Assembly (NCBI RefSeq): GCF_056746865.1
Contig: NZ_CM163382.1
Length of the DNA: 64,000 nt
Reading direction: 5' to 3' (one strand)
The first letter of the stretch is position 1; the number at the start of each line of letters is the position of its first letter. The translations under genes and the position numbers were made by a program. The notes beneath the pieces were generated by a model that made no database searches, had not been told where the DNA came from, and saw nothing but the letters and a program-made list of their open reading frames with translations. Below are positions 1 to 11,434 of this stretch, piece by piece.

Positions 1-171
1 TTGCAATGAAAATAACGCCCGCCTAGTATGTGCGCGTTTTCTTATTCCACAAACTGCAAGGAGGTAAATCATGACAAATCCTTTATCAATGACTCTTTGC
101 AGACCTTTCCAGGATTAATTCTTTTTTTCTTGCCCTGGATTCGTCTGCCATTTCCTGATTTTTATTCATAA

Positions 172-1323
172 ATGGAATGGTTTATGGGCAAATATATTCG
201 TCCCTTATCCGATGCGGTATTTACCATCGCATCTGATGACCTGTGGATCGAGAGTTTAGCGATCCAACAATTACACACCACGGCAAATTTACCCAACATG
301 CAGCGCGTAGTAGGGATGCCAGATTTACATCCCGGACGCGGCTACCCGATTGGCGCAGCGTTCTTCTCCGCAGGCCGTTTTTACCCGGCACTGGTCGGCA
401 ATGATATCGGCTGCGGCATGGCGCTATGGCAAACAGATATTCTCGCTCGCAAATACAACGCCGATAAGTTTGAAAAGCGATTATCAGCTTTGGATGACGT
501 TGCTGAAGAAAGCTGGCTGGAGGAAAACCTGCCGTCAGCATTTGCACAGCATCCGTGGCGCAGCTCGCTTGGCTCTATCGGTGGCGGAAACCACTTCGCA
601 GAACTGCAACAAGTTGATGAAATCATCGACGCTGAACTGTTTGCACTGGCAGGTCTGGATGCGCAGCATCTGCAACTGCTGGTTCATAGCGGCTCGAGGG
701 GGTTGGGGCAGTCTATTTTACAGCGGCATATTGCCTCGTTTTCGCATCATGGTTTGCCTGAAGGCAGTGACGACGCGCTACGGTATATTGCGGAACATGA
801 CGATGTGCTAGCGTTTGCGCGTATTAATCGCCAGATGATTGCTTTGCGCATAATGCAACAAGTTAAGGCCACCGGAAGTCCGGTTCTGGATGTGGCGCAT
901 AACTTTGTTAGCGCGTGCCAAATCGGCGATCAACAGGGTTGGTTGCATCGTAAAGGTGCCACGCCGGATGACAACGGTCTGGTGATTATTCCCGGTTCAC
1001 GCGGTGATTACTCCTGGCTTGTACAGCCTGTTGCGAACGAAAAAACGCTCCACTCGCTGGCGCATGGGGCAGGGCGTAAATGGGGGCGCACCGAGTGTAA
1101 AGGGCGTCTGGCAGCGAAATGCACGGCGACGCAACTCTCGCGTACTGAACTTGGCAGTCGGGTAATTTGTCGCGATAAACAACTCATCTTTGAAGAAGCG
1201 CCACAAGCCTATAAATCGGCTGAAAGCGTGGTGCAATGTCTGGTGCAAGCCGGTTTAATTATTCCTGTCGCGCGGCTGCGTCCGGTGCTAACGCTCAAAA
1301 ACAGTGGAGGGAAAAAAGGATGA
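172..1323 (+). CDS. RtcB-family RNA ligase paralog (RtcB2-type, linked to prfH); true start may be the ATG at 184
   Basis: 383 aa ORF with RtcB hallmark motifs ([27 protein letters not shown]); stop overlaps prfH start (ATGA at 1320-1323). Confidence 0.85.
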   Translation: MEWFMGKYIRPLSDAVFTIASDDLWIESLAIQQLHTTANLPNMQRVVGMPDLHPGRGYPIGAAFFSAGRFYPALVGNDIGCGMALWQTDILARKYNADKFEKRLSALDDVAEESWLEENLPSAFAQHPWRSSLGSIGGGNHFAELQQVDEIIDAELFALAGLDAQHLQLLVHSGSRGLGQSILQRHIASFSHHGLPEGSDDALRYIAEHDDVLAFARINRQMIALRIMQQVKATGSPVLDVAHNFVSACQIGDQQGWLHRKGATPDDNGLVIIPGSRGDYSWLVQPVANEKTLHSLAHGAGRKWGRTECKGRLAAKCTATQLSRTELGSRVICRDKQLIFEEAPQAYKSAESVVQCLVQAGLIIPVARLRPVLTLKNSGGKKG

Positions 1324-1934
1324 TCTTGCTACAACTCTCCTCAGCGCAGGGGCCGGAAGAATGTTGCCTCGCAGTGAAAAAGGCGCTGGACAGGTTGATT
1401 AAAGAAGCTACCCGACAAGACGTCGCGATAACGGTGCTGGAAACAGAAACGGGTCGCTACTCTGACACGTTGCGTTCAGCGCTGATTTCTCTGGATGGCG
1501 ATAACGCATGGGCATTAAGCGAAAGTTGGTGCGGCACTATCCAGTGGATTTGTCCGAGTCCGTATCGGCCTCATCATGGGCGCAAAAACTGGTTTCTGGG
1601 CATTGGGCGTTTTACTGCTGATGAGCAGGAACAATCGGATGCAATCCGTTATGAGACGCTGCGTTCGTCGGGGCCGGGCGGTCAACATGTCAATAAAACC
1701 GACTCGGCGGTACGCGCCACGCATCTGGCATCCGGGATTAGCGTGAAGGTTCAGTCAGAGCGCAGCCAACATGCCAACAAACGGCTGGCGCGATTGCTGA
1801 TTGCCTGGAAGCTGGAGCAACAGCAACAGGAAAATAGCGCGGCGCTGAAATCGCAGCGGCGAATGTTCCATCACCAGATTGAACGTGGCAACCCGCGACG
1901 AACGTTTACAGGGATGGCTTTTGTCGCTGTGTAA
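1320..1934 (+). CDS. prfH: peptide chain release factor homolog PrfH
   Basis: 204 aa; GGQ motif in [24 protein letters not shown] upstream of ATG at 1320; start overlaps upstream stop. Confidence 0.9.
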   Translation: MILLQLSSAQGPEECCLAVKKALDRLIKEATRQDVAITVLETETGRYSDTLRSALISLDGDNAWALSESWCGTIQWICPSPYRPHHGRKNWFLGIGRFTADEQEQSDAIRYETLRSSGPGGQHVNKTDSAVRATHLASGISVKVQSERSQHANKRLARLLIAWKLEQQQQENSAALKSQRRMFHHQIERGNPRRTFTGMAFVAV

Positions 1935-1995
1935 TTGAGGAATGTCTCCCGCCGTTTTCTATATGAAAGCGGCGGGAAAAACGAAAGGAATAGTC

Positions 1996-2505
1996 ATGTT
2001 TATCGGTCATCTTCCGGCTGGTTATTTAATAACTTGTACTTTAATGAAACGCTTGCCACTGATTGCTCGTCATGCGCGCTGGGCGATGGTTATTGGCTTA
2101 CTTGGGGCCGTTGCGCCCGATTTTGATCTTTTTTGGTGCTATCTGGTTGATAACGGGCAACGACATCATCATCTTTACCCGTCTCATTGGCCATTATTAT
2201 GGTTTGCTCTGCTGGCGGCGACATTAGTCTGGGCAGGAATTGCGAAGAATAAACTTCCGGCGTGGCTGGGCGTGGTGTTTTGCCTGAATAGTATCGCGCA
2301 TTTATTACTCGATACGCTGGTCGGTGATATCTGGTGGCTGATGCCTTTCGTTAACCAACCGTTTGCATTCTTTCATATTACGGCGGTACATCATCCGTGG
2401 TGGCTCAATTTTTTATTACACTGGTCGTTTTTACTGGAACTGGCATTAGTGGTTGCCGCCATTGCCATGTGGTGCAGGCGTAATGCCAAAATGGTAAATG
2501 CATGA
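1996..2505 (+). CDS. inner-membrane metal-dependent hydrolase family protein (YdjM/DUF457-like)
   Basis: 169 aa from ATG 1996 with AAAGGAA RBS; hydrophobic segments; conserved His/Asp motifs (GH, PDFD, HHHLYPSHW, HLLLD). Confidence 0.6.
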   Translation: MFIGHLPAGYLITCTLMKRLPLIARHARWAMVIGLLGAVAPDFDLFWCYLVDNGQRHHHLYPSHWPLLWFALLAATLVWAGIAKNKLPAWLGVVFCLNSIAHLLLDTLVGDIWWLMPFVNQPFAFFHITAVHHPWWLNFLLHWSFLLELALVVAAIAMWCRRNAKMVNA

Positions 2506-2521
2506 AAAAATTATTCTGACT

Positions 2522-2803
2522 TTAAGCGGCGTAACATGTTTCCTGGGGAAATTCTCCCGTGGTTAAGTATGCTCTCCTGACTTTGCCCCAGGCTCTGAAC
2601 ATATAAAATTTCTGCTTTTCACCCTTAAGTTCTTTCACGGATTCCAGCGCAAAACCTTCTTTGGTGATCAGAAATTCTCCCCATGAAATATGGTCGCAGC
2701 TATATAAATATGCGACCTTTTCATGAGTTTCATAATGTTTTGTTATTTCGATATAGATAGCCATTGGCTTCAAACAGTAGTCCACGCCCGCAGGCGTGGA
2801 CAT
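2522..2803 (-). CDS. hypothetical small protein (weak call)
   Basis: 93 aa ORF between YdjM-like gene and pepD; no clear RBS; predicted start lies inside a hairpin. Confidence 0.2.
   Translation of the reverse strand: MSTPAGVDYCLKPMAIYIEITKHYETHEKVAYLYSCDHISWGEFLITKEGFALESVKELKGEKQKFYMFRAWGKVRRAYLTTGEFPQETCYAA
2780..2801 (-). terminator. hairpin 11 nt downstream of pepD stop (9 bp stem gtccacgcc/ggcgtggac, 4 nt loop)
   Basis: perfect inverted repeat read directly; weak U-tract. Confidence 0.4.
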
Positions 2804-2811
2804 TATTGTAA

Positions 2812-4269
2812 TTACTTCGCCGGAATTTCTTTCAGCAGTTCAGTCAGTAGTGTCCAGTAATGACCTACGCTTTCGATGTGAACTTGCTCATCCGGAGAGT
2901 GTGGACCGGTGATGGTTGGCCCGATAGAAACCATGTCCATTTCCGGATACGGTTTTTTGAACAGACCACATTCCAGGCCCGCGTGGATAATCTGGATGTT
3001 CGGCGTCTTGTTGAACAGACGCTGATAAGTTTCACGTACCAGATGCATCACCGGAGAATTAGCGTCCGGCTGCCAGCCAGGATATGCGCCTTTCGCTTCG
3101 GTTTTCGCGCCAGCCAGTTTACCCAGCGAATCCAGCATGCTCACCACGTAGTCTTTACCGCTGTCGATCAGAGAACGGATCAGGCAGTGAATTTCTACGT
3201 TATTGTCAGTCATGGTCACCACACCGACGTTCAGGGAGGTTTCCACCACACCTTTTGCCACATCGGAATTGCGGATCACACCGTTCGGGGTGGCGTTCAG
3301 CAGACGAATAAAGGTATCGCGAGATTTCGCAATCAGGGCAGCTTTATCGTTCGCAACAGAGTCCAGCAGCAATGCCAGATTTTTCTCTTTCTCTGCCAGC
3401 TCGTTTTTCAGGATTTCCTGATAGGTATTCACCAGAGATTTCAGGGCGTCGACTTTATCAGCTGCGACAGCAATGGTCGCAAAGGCTTCACGCGGGATGG
3501 CGTTACGCAGTGTGCCACCGTTGAAATCGATAAGGCGCAGGTCCAGCTCTTCTGCATGACCCGCCAGGAAGCGCACCAGCAGTTTGTTGGCATTACCCAG
3601 GCCAACGTGGATTTCACCGCCGGAGTGACCGCCTTTTAGACCTTTTAAGGTTAACTTGAAGGTTTCAAAACCAGCTGGAACTGCTTCACGATCTAAATGC
3701 AGGTTGGAGGTGAAGTCGATACCCCCCGCGCAACCCATGTAGATTTCACCTTCCTCTTCGGAGTCGGTGTTAATCAGAATATCAGCCTGCAACCAGTTGC
3801 TCTGTAAGCCAAAAGCACCATCCATACCGGCTTCTTCGGTCATGGTCAGCAGCACTTCCAGCGGGCCGTGAACCACGTTTTCGTCAGCCAGAACCGCCAG
3901 CGCAGACGCCATACCAATGCCGTTATCCGCACCCAGCGTGGTGCCGCGCGCTTTAACCCATTCGCCATCAATATAAGGCTGGATAGGATCTTTAGTGAAG
4001 TCATGCACGGTGTCGTTATTTTTCTGCGGCACCATATCGAGGTGGGCCTGCAAGACGACCGGTTTACGATTTTCCATACCTGCGGTAGCAGGTTTACGAA
4101 TCAGGATATTACCTACCTGATCGCGTTCGACATGGAAACCTTTCTCTTTTGCCCAACCAACAATGTATTCAGCGAGTTGCTCTTCATGATAGGACGGGTG
4201 AGGAATAGAACAGATTTTGGCAAAAATATCCCACAGCGGCTGTGGAGATAATTGAGACAGTTCAGACAC
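2812..4269 (-). CDS. pepD: cytosol non-specific dipeptidase (aminoacyl-histidine dipeptidase) PepD
   Basis: 485 aa, recognisable PepD sequence (MSELSQLSPQPLWDIFAKICSIPHPSYHEE...). Confidence 0.96.
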   Translation of the reverse strand: MSELSQLSPQPLWDIFAKICSIPHPSYHEEQLAEYIVGWAKEKGFHVERDQVGNILIRKPATAGMENRKPVVLQAHLDMVPQKNNDTVHDFTKDPIQPYIDGEWVKARGTTLGADNGIGMASALAVLADENVVHGPLEVLLTMTEEAGMDGAFGLQSNWLQADILINTDSEEEGEIYMGCAGGIDFTSNLHLDREAVPAGFETFKLTLKGLKGGHSGGEIHVGLGNANKLLVRFLAGHAEELDLRLIDFNGGTLRNAIPREAFATIAVAADKVDALKSLVNTYQEILKNELAEKEKNLALLLDSVANDKAALIAKSRDTFIRLLNATPNGVIRNSDVAKGVVETSLNVGVVTMTDNNVEIHCLIRSLIDSGKDYVVSMLDSLGKLAGAKTEAKGAYPGWQPDANSPVMHLVRETYQRLFNKTPNIQIIHAGLECGLFKKPYPEMDMVSIGPTITGPHSPDEQVHIESVGHYWTLLTELLKEIPAK

Positions 4270-4529
4270 GTTAAGTCTCCTTGTCGATCACCCGCAAAAC
4301 AGTATTGCAGGTCACAGGGTTAGCAGAAAATGTTGTCAACACAAGACAGGCTTGCGAGATATGTTTGAGAATACCACTTTATCCCGCGTCAGGGAGAGGC
4401 AGTGCGTAAAAAGACGCGGACTCATGTGAAATACTGGTTTTTAGTGCGCCAGATCTCTATAATCTCGCGCAACCTATTTTCCCCTCGAACACTTTTTAAG
4501 CCGTAGATAAACAGGCTGGGACACTTCAC

Positions 4530-4988
4530 ATGAGCGAAAAATACATCGTCACCTGGGACATGTTGCAGATCCATGCACGTAAACTCGCAAGCCGACTGAT
4601 GCCTTCTGAACAATGGAAAGGCATTATTGCCGTAAGCCGTGGCGGTCTGGTACCGGGTGCGTTACTGGCGCGTGAACTGGGTATTCGTCATGTCGATACC
4701 GTTTGTATTTCCAGCTATGATCACGACAACCAGCGCGAGCTTAAAGTGCTAAAACGCGCAGAAGGCGATGGCGAAGGCTTCATCGTTATTGATGACCTGG
4801 TGGATACCGGTGGCACTGCGGTTGCGATTCGTGAAATGTATCCAAAAGCGCACTTTGTCACCATCTTCGCAAAACCGGCTGGTCGTCCGCTGGTTGATGA
4901 TTATGTTGTTGATATCCCGCAAGATACCTGGATCGAACAACCGTGGGATATGGGCGTCGTATTCGTCCCGCCAATCTCCGGTCGCTAA
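4530..4988 (+). CDS. gpt: xanthine-guanine phosphoribosyltransferase
   Basis: 152 aa, recognisable Gpt sequence; PRPP-binding motif [11 protein letters not shown]. Confidence 0.97.
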
Positions 4989-4994
4989 TCTTTT

Positions 4995-5027
4995 CAACGC
5001 CTGGCACTGCCGGGCGTTGTTCTTTTT
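4995..5027 (+). terminator. rho-independent terminator of gpt
   Basis: stem caacgcc...ggcgttg followed by ttcttttt. Confidence 0.6.
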
Positions 5028-5079
5028 AACTTCAGGCAGGTTACAATAGTTTCCAGTAAGTATTCTGGAGGCTGCATCC

Positions 5080-6324
5080 ATGACACAGGCAAACCTGAGC
5101 GAAACCCTGTTCAAACCCCGCTTTAAACATCCTGAAACCTCGACGCTAGTTCGCCGCTTTAATCACGGCGCACAACCGCCTGTGCAGTCGGCCCTTGATG
5201 GTAAAACCATCCCTCACTGGTATCGCATGATTAACCGTCTGATGTGGATCTGGCGCGGCATTGACCCACGTGAAATCCTCGACGTCCAGGCACGTATTGT
5301 GATGAGCGATGCCGAACGTACCGACGATGATTTATACGATACGGTGATTGGCTACCGTGGTGGCAACTGGATTTATGAGTGGGCCACCCAGGCGATGGTG
5401 TGGCAACAAAAAGCCTGTGCGGAAGAAGATCCGCAACTCAGTGGTCGTCACTGGCTGCATGCGGCTACGTTGTACAACATTGCCGCCTATCCTCATCTGA
5501 AAGGAGATGACCTGGCCGAGCAAGCGCAGGCTTTGTCAAACCGCGCCTATGAAGAGGCCGCTCAGCGTCTGCCGGGCACCATGCGGCAGATGGAGTTTAC
5601 CGTACCCGGCGGTGCGCCCATCACCGGCTTTTTGCATATGCCGAAAGGCGATGGCCCGTTCCCGACAGTATTAATGTGTGGTGGTCTGGATGCGATGCAG
5701 ACGGACTATTACAGCCTGTATGAACGTTATTTTGCGCCGCGCGGCATTGCGATGCTGACTATTGATATGCCGTCGGTGGGCTTTTCTTCAAAATGGAAGC
5801 TCACCCAGGACTCCAGCCTGTTGCATCAGCACGTCTTAAAGGCGCTGCCTAACGTACCGTGGGTAGATCACACTCGCGTCGCGGCCTTTGGTTTCCGTTT
5901 CGGCGCTAACGTTGCCGTGCGTCTGGCATACCTTGAATCGCCGCGTCTGAAAGCGGTTGCCTGTCTTGGTCCGGTAGTTCATACCCTGTTGAGTGATTTT
6001 AAGTGCCAGCAACAGGTGCCGGAAATGTATCTTGACGTTCTGGCGAGTCGTTTGGGTATGCATGATGCTTCCGACGAAGCGTTACGCGTGGAGTTGAATC
6101 GCTATTCATTAAAAGTGCAAGGATTGCTGGGACGTCGTTGCCCAACGCCAATGTTATCAGGCTACTGGAAGAACGATCCGTTCAGCCCGGAAGAGGACTC
6201 ACGCTTAATCACCTCATCAACTGCTGACGGTAAATTGTTAGAGATCCCATTTAACCCGGTGTATCGGAATTTTGACAAAGGTCTTCAGGAAATCACCGAC
6301 TGGATCGAAAAACGATTGTGTTAA
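5080..6324 (+). CDS. frsA: fermentation/respiration switch protein FrsA (alpha/beta hydrolase)
   Basis: 414 aa; recognised sequence and conserved position between gpt and crl. Confidence 0.93.
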   Translation: MTQANLSETLFKPRFKHPETSTLVRRFNHGAQPPVQSALDGKTIPHWYRMINRLMWIWRGIDPREILDVQARIVMSDAERTDDDLYDTVIGYRGGNWIYEWATQAMVWQQKACAEEDPQLSGRHWLHAATLYNIAAYPHLKGDDLAEQAQALSNRAYEEAAQRLPGTMRQMEFTVPGGAPITGFLHMPKGDGPFPTVLMCGGLDAMQTDYYSLYERYFAPRGIAMLTIDMPSVGFSSKWKLTQDSSLLHQHVLKALPNVPWVDHTRVAAFGFRFGANVAVRLAYLESPRLKAVACLGPVVHTLLSDFKCQQQVPEMYLDVLASRLGMHDASDEALRVELNRYSLKVQGLLGRRCPTPMLSGYWKNDPFSPEEDSRLITSSTADGKLLEIPFNPVYRNFDKGLQEITDWIEKRLC

Positions 6325-6783
<459 letters not shown>

Positions 6784-6791
6784 GTGAAATG

Positions 6792-6814
6792 TGCCGGATG
6801 CATCACATCCGGCA
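6792..6814. terminator. bidirectional hairpin between convergent crl and phoE
   Basis: 9 bp stem tgccggatg/catccggca with 5 nt loop. Confidence 0.5.
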
Positions 6815-6821
6815 ATATCCA

Positions 6822-7877
6822 TTAAAACTGATAGGTCATGCCAACCGCGACAATATCATCATTATTGATGTTCAGCTTATTATCGCTATCCAGTTGGTTT
6901 ATTTTATAATCAACAAATGCCGACATATTTTTGTTGAAATAATACGTAGCACCAACATCGATATAATTGACCAGATCTTCATCACCGATGCCTTCAATAT
7001 CTTTCCCTTTCGATAAGACATAACCCAGCGACGGACGCAGACCAAAGTCAAACTGGTATTGGGCGACCGCTTCAAAGTTCTGTGTCTTATTGGCAAAGCC
7101 GCCAGTTATTGGCGTCATTTTGCGTGTTTCAGAATAGAAAGTTGCCAGATAAATATTATTGGCATCGTATTTCAGACCTGTTGCCCATGCTTCTGCACGC
7201 TTGCCTGTGCCACGGCTTTGCAGGTTCTGCTCGTTAGTGCGATCGGAGTTGGTATAGGCCCCACTGATGGCGAAATCGCTGCCACCAAAGTCATATGTCA
7301 ATGACGTACCGAAGCCATCGCCGTTTTGCTTTTTAACGTCGCGGTTTTCGTTTTTCCCTTGATATTGCAGGGTTAAGTTCAGGCCATCGATAACGCCGAA
7401 GAAGTCAGTGTTACGGTAAGTGGCCAGACCGCTGGCGCGTTTGGTCATAAAGTTGTCGGTCTGCGCCGAGGAGTCGCCACCAAATTCCGGGAACATATCG
7501 GTCCAGGCTTCCACGTCATACAGCGCGCCCAGGTTACGACCATAATCGAAAGAACCCAAATCTTTATATTTCAACCCGGCAAAAGCGAGACGCGTTTTTT
7601 GCTGTGCAGTATCACTCTCCGCTTTATTACCGGCAAACTCTGCTTCCCAACGACCATAACCAGTCAGTTGATCGTTAATTTGTGTTTCGCCTTTAAAACC
7701 AAAACGGATATAACTCTGGTCGCCATCTTTACTGTCGTTATCACTCATATAATGCATGGCTTTAACTTTGCCATAGACATCCAGTTTATTACCGTCTTTG
7801 TTATATATTTCTGCGGCCTGTACGGATGCAGATGCCACAATGCCCATCACCACTAATGCCAGAGTGCTCTTTTTCAT
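6822..7877 (-). CDS. phoE: outer membrane phosphoporin PhoE
   Basis: porin sequence with C-terminal ...VGMTYQF; second ATG (7877) has AGGA RBS, giving a 351 aa precursor. Confidence 0.95.
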   Translation of the reverse strand: MKKSTLALVVMGIVASASVQAAEIYNKDGNKLDVYGKVKAMHYMSDNDSKDGDQSYIRFGFKGETQINDQLTGYGRWEAEFAGNKAESDTAQQKTRLAFAGLKYKDLGSFDYGRNLGALYDVEAWTDMFPEFGGDSSAQTDNFMTKRASGLATYRNTDFFGVIDGLNLTLQYQGKNENRDVKKQNGDGFGTSLTYDFGGSDFAISGAYTNSDRTNEQNLQSRGTGKRAEAWATGLKYDANNIYLATFYSETRKMTPITGGFANKTQNFEAVAQYQFDFGLRPSLGYVLSKGKDIEGIGDEDLVNYIDVGATYYFNKNMSAFVDYKINQLDSDNKLNINNDDIVAVGMTYQF

Positions 7878-7956
7878 TTTCATTCCTGATTTTAATTAAC
7901 GCGCGAATATTCAGCGGGAGAGTCCCGTTGAAAACAGGAAAGTTTTTAACCTGAGA

Positions 7957-7976
7957 TTGTTAAAGATATATTACAG
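7957..7976 (-). promoter_or_regulatory. candidate Pho box in phoE promoter
   Basis: minus-strand CTGTAATATATCTTTAAC resembles the PhoB CTGTCAT-N4-CTGTCAT consensus about 80-100 nt upstream of the phoE start. Confidence 0.4.
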
Positions 7977-8164
7977 ATTAATAATATTCTTAAAATGTGG
8001 TAATTTATTAAATCTGTAATAAAAGCGTAAACAACTGCCGCTACGCTTGCTGATCCCGCGCAACAAAACGCCATGCTTTGCTCGCAGATGGTTGGCAACC
8101 GACGACAGTCCTGCTAAAACGTTCGTTTGATATCATTTTTCCTAAAATTGAATGGCAGAGAATC

Positions 8165-9268
8165 ATGAGTGACAGCCAGACGCTGGTGGTAAAACTCGGC
8201 ACCAGTGTGCTAACAGGCGGATCGCGCCGTCTGAACCGTGCCCATATCGTTGAACTTGTTCGCCAGTGCGCGCAGTTACATGCCGCCGGGCATCGGATTG
8301 TTATTGTGACGTCGGGCGCGATCGCCGCCGGACGTGAGCACCTAGGTTACCCGGAACTGCCAGCGACTATCGCCTCGAAACAACTGCTGGCGGCGGTAGG
8401 GCAGAGTCGACTGATTCAACTGTGGGAACAGCTGTTTTCGATTTATGGCATTCACGTCGGGCAAATGCTGCTGACCCGTGCTGATATGGAAGACCGTGAA
8501 CGCTTCCTGAACGCCCGCGACACCCTGCGAGCGTTGCTCGATAACAATATCGTTCCGGTAATCAATGAGAACGATGCTGTCGCTACTGCAGAGATTAAGG
8601 TCGGCGATAACGATAACCTTTCTGCGCTGGCGGCGATTCTGGCGGGTGCCGATAAACTGTTGCTGCTGACCGATCAAAAAGGTTTGTATACCGCTGACCC
8701 GCGCAGCAATCCGCAGGCAGAACTGATTAAAGATGTTTACGGCATTGATGACGCACTGCGCGCGATTGCTGGCGACAGCGTTTCAGGCCTCGGAACTGGC
8801 GGCATGAGTACCAAATTGCAGGCCGCGGACGTGGCTTGCCGTGCGGGTATCGACACCATTATTGCCGCGGGCAGCAAGCCGGGCGTTATTGGTGATGTGA
8901 TGGAAGGCATTTCCGTCGGTACCCTGTTTCATGCCCAGGCGACCCCGCTTGAAAACCGTAAACGCTGGATTTTCGGTGCACCACCTGCGGGTGAAATCAC
9001 GGTAGATGAAGGGGCAACCGCCGCCATTCTTGAACGCGGCAGCTCCCTGTTGCCGAAAGGTATTAAAAGCGTGACTGGCAATTTCTCGCGTGGTGAAGTC
9101 ATCCGCATTTGCAACCTCGAAGGTCGCGATATCGCCCACGGCGTCAGTCGTTACAACAGCGATGCATTACGCCGTATTGCTGGACACCACTCGCAAGAAA
9201 TTGATGCAATACTGGGATATGAATATGGCCCGGTTGCCGTTCACCGTGATGACATGATTACCCGTTAA
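8165..9268 (+). CDS. proB: glutamate 5-kinase
   Basis: 367 aa from ATG 8165 ([19 protein letters not shown]...); the ORF-track upstream extension is not used. Confidence 0.96.
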
Positions 9269-9279
9269 GGAGCTGGCCG

Positions 9280-10533
9280 ATGCTGGAACAAATGGGCATT
9301 GCCGCAAAGCAAGCCTCGTATAAATTAGCGCAACTCTCCAGCCGCGAAAAAAATCGCGTGCTGGAAAAAATCGCCGATGAACTGGAAGCACAAAGCGAAA
9401 TCATCCTCAACGCTAACGCCCAGGATGTTGCTGACGCGCGTGCCAATGGCCTTAGCGAAGCGATGCTTGACCGTCTGGCACTGACGCCCGCACGGCTGAA
9501 AGGCATTGCCGATGATGTGCGCCAGGTGTGCAACCTCGCCGATCCGGTGGGGCAGGTGATTGATGGTGGCGTACTGGACAGCGGCCTGCGTCTTGAGCGT
9601 CGTCGCGTACCGCTGGGGGTTATTGGCGTGATTTATGAAGCTCGCCCGAACGTGACGGTTGATGTCGCTTCGCTGTGCCTGAAAACCGGTAACGCAGTGA
9701 TCCTGCGTGGTGGCAAAGAAACCTGTCGCACTAACGCTGCAACGGTGGCGGTGATTCAGGACGCCCTGAAATCCTGCGGCTTACCGGCGGGTGCCGTGCA
9801 GGCGATTGATAATCCTGACCGTGCGCTGGTCAGTGAAATGCTGCGTATGGATAAATACATCGACATGCTGATCCCGCGTGGTGGCGCTGGCCTGCATAAA
9901 CTGTGCCGCGAACAGTCGACGATCCCGGTGATCACAGGTGGTATAGGCGTATGCCATATTTACGTTGATGAAAGCGCGGAGATCGCTGAAGCATTAAAAG
10001 TGATCGTCAACGCGAAAACTCAGCGACCGAGCACATGTAATACGGTTGAAACGTTGCTGGTGAATAAAAACATCGCCGATAGTTTCCTGCCCGCATTAAG
10101 CAAACAAATGGCGGAAAGTGGCGTGACGTTACACGCTGATGCAGGTGCACTGGCGCAGTTGCAGACAGGCCCCGCGAAGGTGGTGGCTGTTAAAGCGGAA
10201 GAGTATGACGATGAGTTTCTGTCATTAGATTTGAACGTCAAAATCGTCAGCGATCTTGACGATGCCATCGCCCATATTCGTGAACACGGCACACAACACT
10301 CCGATGCGATCCTGACCCGCGATATGCGCAACGCCCAGCGTTTTGTTAACGAAGTGGATTCGTCCGCTGTTTACGTTAACGCCTCTACGCGTTTTACCGA
10401 CGGCGGTCAGTTTGGACTGGGTGCGGAAGTGGCGGTAAGCACACAAAAACTCCACGCGCGTGGCCCAATGGGGCTGGAAGCACTGACCACTTACAAGTGG
10501 ATCGGCATTGGTGATTACACCATTCGTGCGTAA
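9280..10533 (+). CDS. proA: gamma-glutamyl phosphate reductase
   Basis: 417 aa, recognisable ProA sequence; 11 nt after proB. Confidence 0.96.
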   Translation: MLEQMGIAAKQASYKLAQLSSREKNRVLEKIADELEAQSEIILNANAQDVADARANGLSEAMLDRLALTPARLKGIADDVRQVCNLADPVGQVIDGGVLDSGLRLERRRVPLGVIGVIYEARPNVTVDVASLCLKTGNAVILRGGKETCRTNAATVAVIQDALKSCGLPAGAVQAIDNPDRALVSEMLRMDKYIDMLIPRGGAGLHKLCREQSTIPVITGGIGVCHIYVDESAEIAEALKVIVNAKTQRPSTCNTVETLLVNKNIADSFLPALSKQMAESGVTLHADAGALAQLQTGPAKVVAVKAEEYDDEFLSLDLNVKIVSDLDDAIAHIREHGTQHSDAILTRDMRNAQRFVNEVDSSAVYVNASTRFTDGGQFGLGAEVAVSTQKLHARGPMGLEALTTYKWIGIGDYTIRA

Positions 10534-10537
10534 ATAA

Positions 10538-10606
10538 AACCGGGTGATGCAAAAGTAGCCATTTGATTCACAAGGCCATTGACGCATCGCCCGGTTAGTT
10601 TTAACC
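10538..10606 (+). terminator. long-range hairpin after proA (13 bp stem with one G-U, about 33 nt loop, then agtttt)
   Basis: aaccgggtgatgc...gcatcgcccggtt inverted repeat; atypical loop size, so weak. Confidence 0.35.
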
Positions 10607-10647
10607 TTGTCCACCGTGATTCACGTTCGTGAACATGTCCTTTCAGG

Positions 10648-10723
10648 GCCGATATAGCTCAGTTGGTAGAGCAGCGCATTCGTAATGCGAAGGTCGGAGG
10701 TTCGACTCCTCTTATCGGCACCA
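10648..10723 (+). tRNA. thrW: tRNA-Thr (anticodon CGT)
   Basis: 76 nt cloverleaf: acceptor GCCGATA/TATCGGC, D-arm GCTC/GAGC, anticodon loop TTCGTAA, T-arm GGAGG/CCTCT, 3' CCA. Confidence 0.95.
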
Positions 10724-10850
10724 TTTAAATCAAGTAGTTACCTCACATTCAATTACACCACATTTTCCTCCTGTGCCGTATTTGTGCCATTGTAACCCTG
10801 GCAATTCATCAAAATACTGTTCTGACATCAGGCAGTGCAGGTGCAGACAT

Positions 10851-11090
10851 TTAAGCCAATTGCTGCCGCCATTCCTTGACGTGGTCAATCAGGGCGCGGA
10901 GCTTTGGTGCAATATTGCGACGCTGTGGGAAATACAGATAGAAGCCCGGAAATTGTGGAAGAAAGTCATCAAGCAGCGATACAAGCTTACCGCTTTCAAT
11001 ATATGGCCTGAAAGTTTCCTGAGTGGCAATTGTTATGCCTGCGCCGGCAAGAGCCAGCCTCAACATCAGACGCAGATCATTCTGCTAATC
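10851..11090 (-). pseudogene. 3' remnant of a LysR-family regulator gene
   Basis: 71 aa ORF resembling only the C-terminal region of the other LysR proteins in this window (GKL..L..F.P.FPGFYLY); in-frame stop upstream, no N-terminal HTH. Confidence 0.5.
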
Positions 11091-11165
11091 CCACCGATGC
11101 TTCGGTCTGGAGTGGTAAATTAATATTGGACACAGTTTTATTTTCTCTCTTTTTCGAGGGCTATA

Positions 11166-11434
11166 TGAACAGGAAGAATACATCCCTAAGCGGTTAATGC
11201 TGGCGTAATCAATAGACCAGCATTAATCACGGATGATTACCAATCAGACAGATATGGTTAAATCGTCGAATTCATAATTAATACTTTTTCTTACGCCGCT
11301 GAACAGCTTGAAAAGGATACATATTTTAAATATCAGTGAAGTGAACAGTTTATTGCCGTTATTAATAGAGATGGAGGAATAAATACGCGTATTCTACTAT
11401 TGCAACAAAAACAACGATGATGATCAGTTTTCAT
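11166..11434 (-). repeat. degenerate paralogous copy of the ykgO-3'-end/terminator and ykgR region (compare 31042-31195 and 31875-31993)
   Basis: two blocks of roughly 80-85 percent identity by eye; contains a remnant of the last ~12 ykgO codons and a frameshifted ykgR-like 33-codon ORF; ykgM and most of ykgO are missing. Confidence 0.6.

Noticed and set aside
350-811. 153 aa alternative-frame ORF inside the RtcB-family gene
   Set aside because: Overlaps a strongly motif-supported gene in another frame; no RBS.
2860-3639. 259 aa plus-strand ORF inside pepD
   Set aside because: Antisense shadow ORF lying wholly within the well-supported pepD coding region; Arg/His-rich composition typical of reverse-frame artefacts.
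10773-11123. 116 aa plus-strand ORF next to thrW
   Set aside because: Opposite-strand overlap of the LysR 3' remnant; no homology signal of its own, Cys/Arg-rich artefact-like composition.
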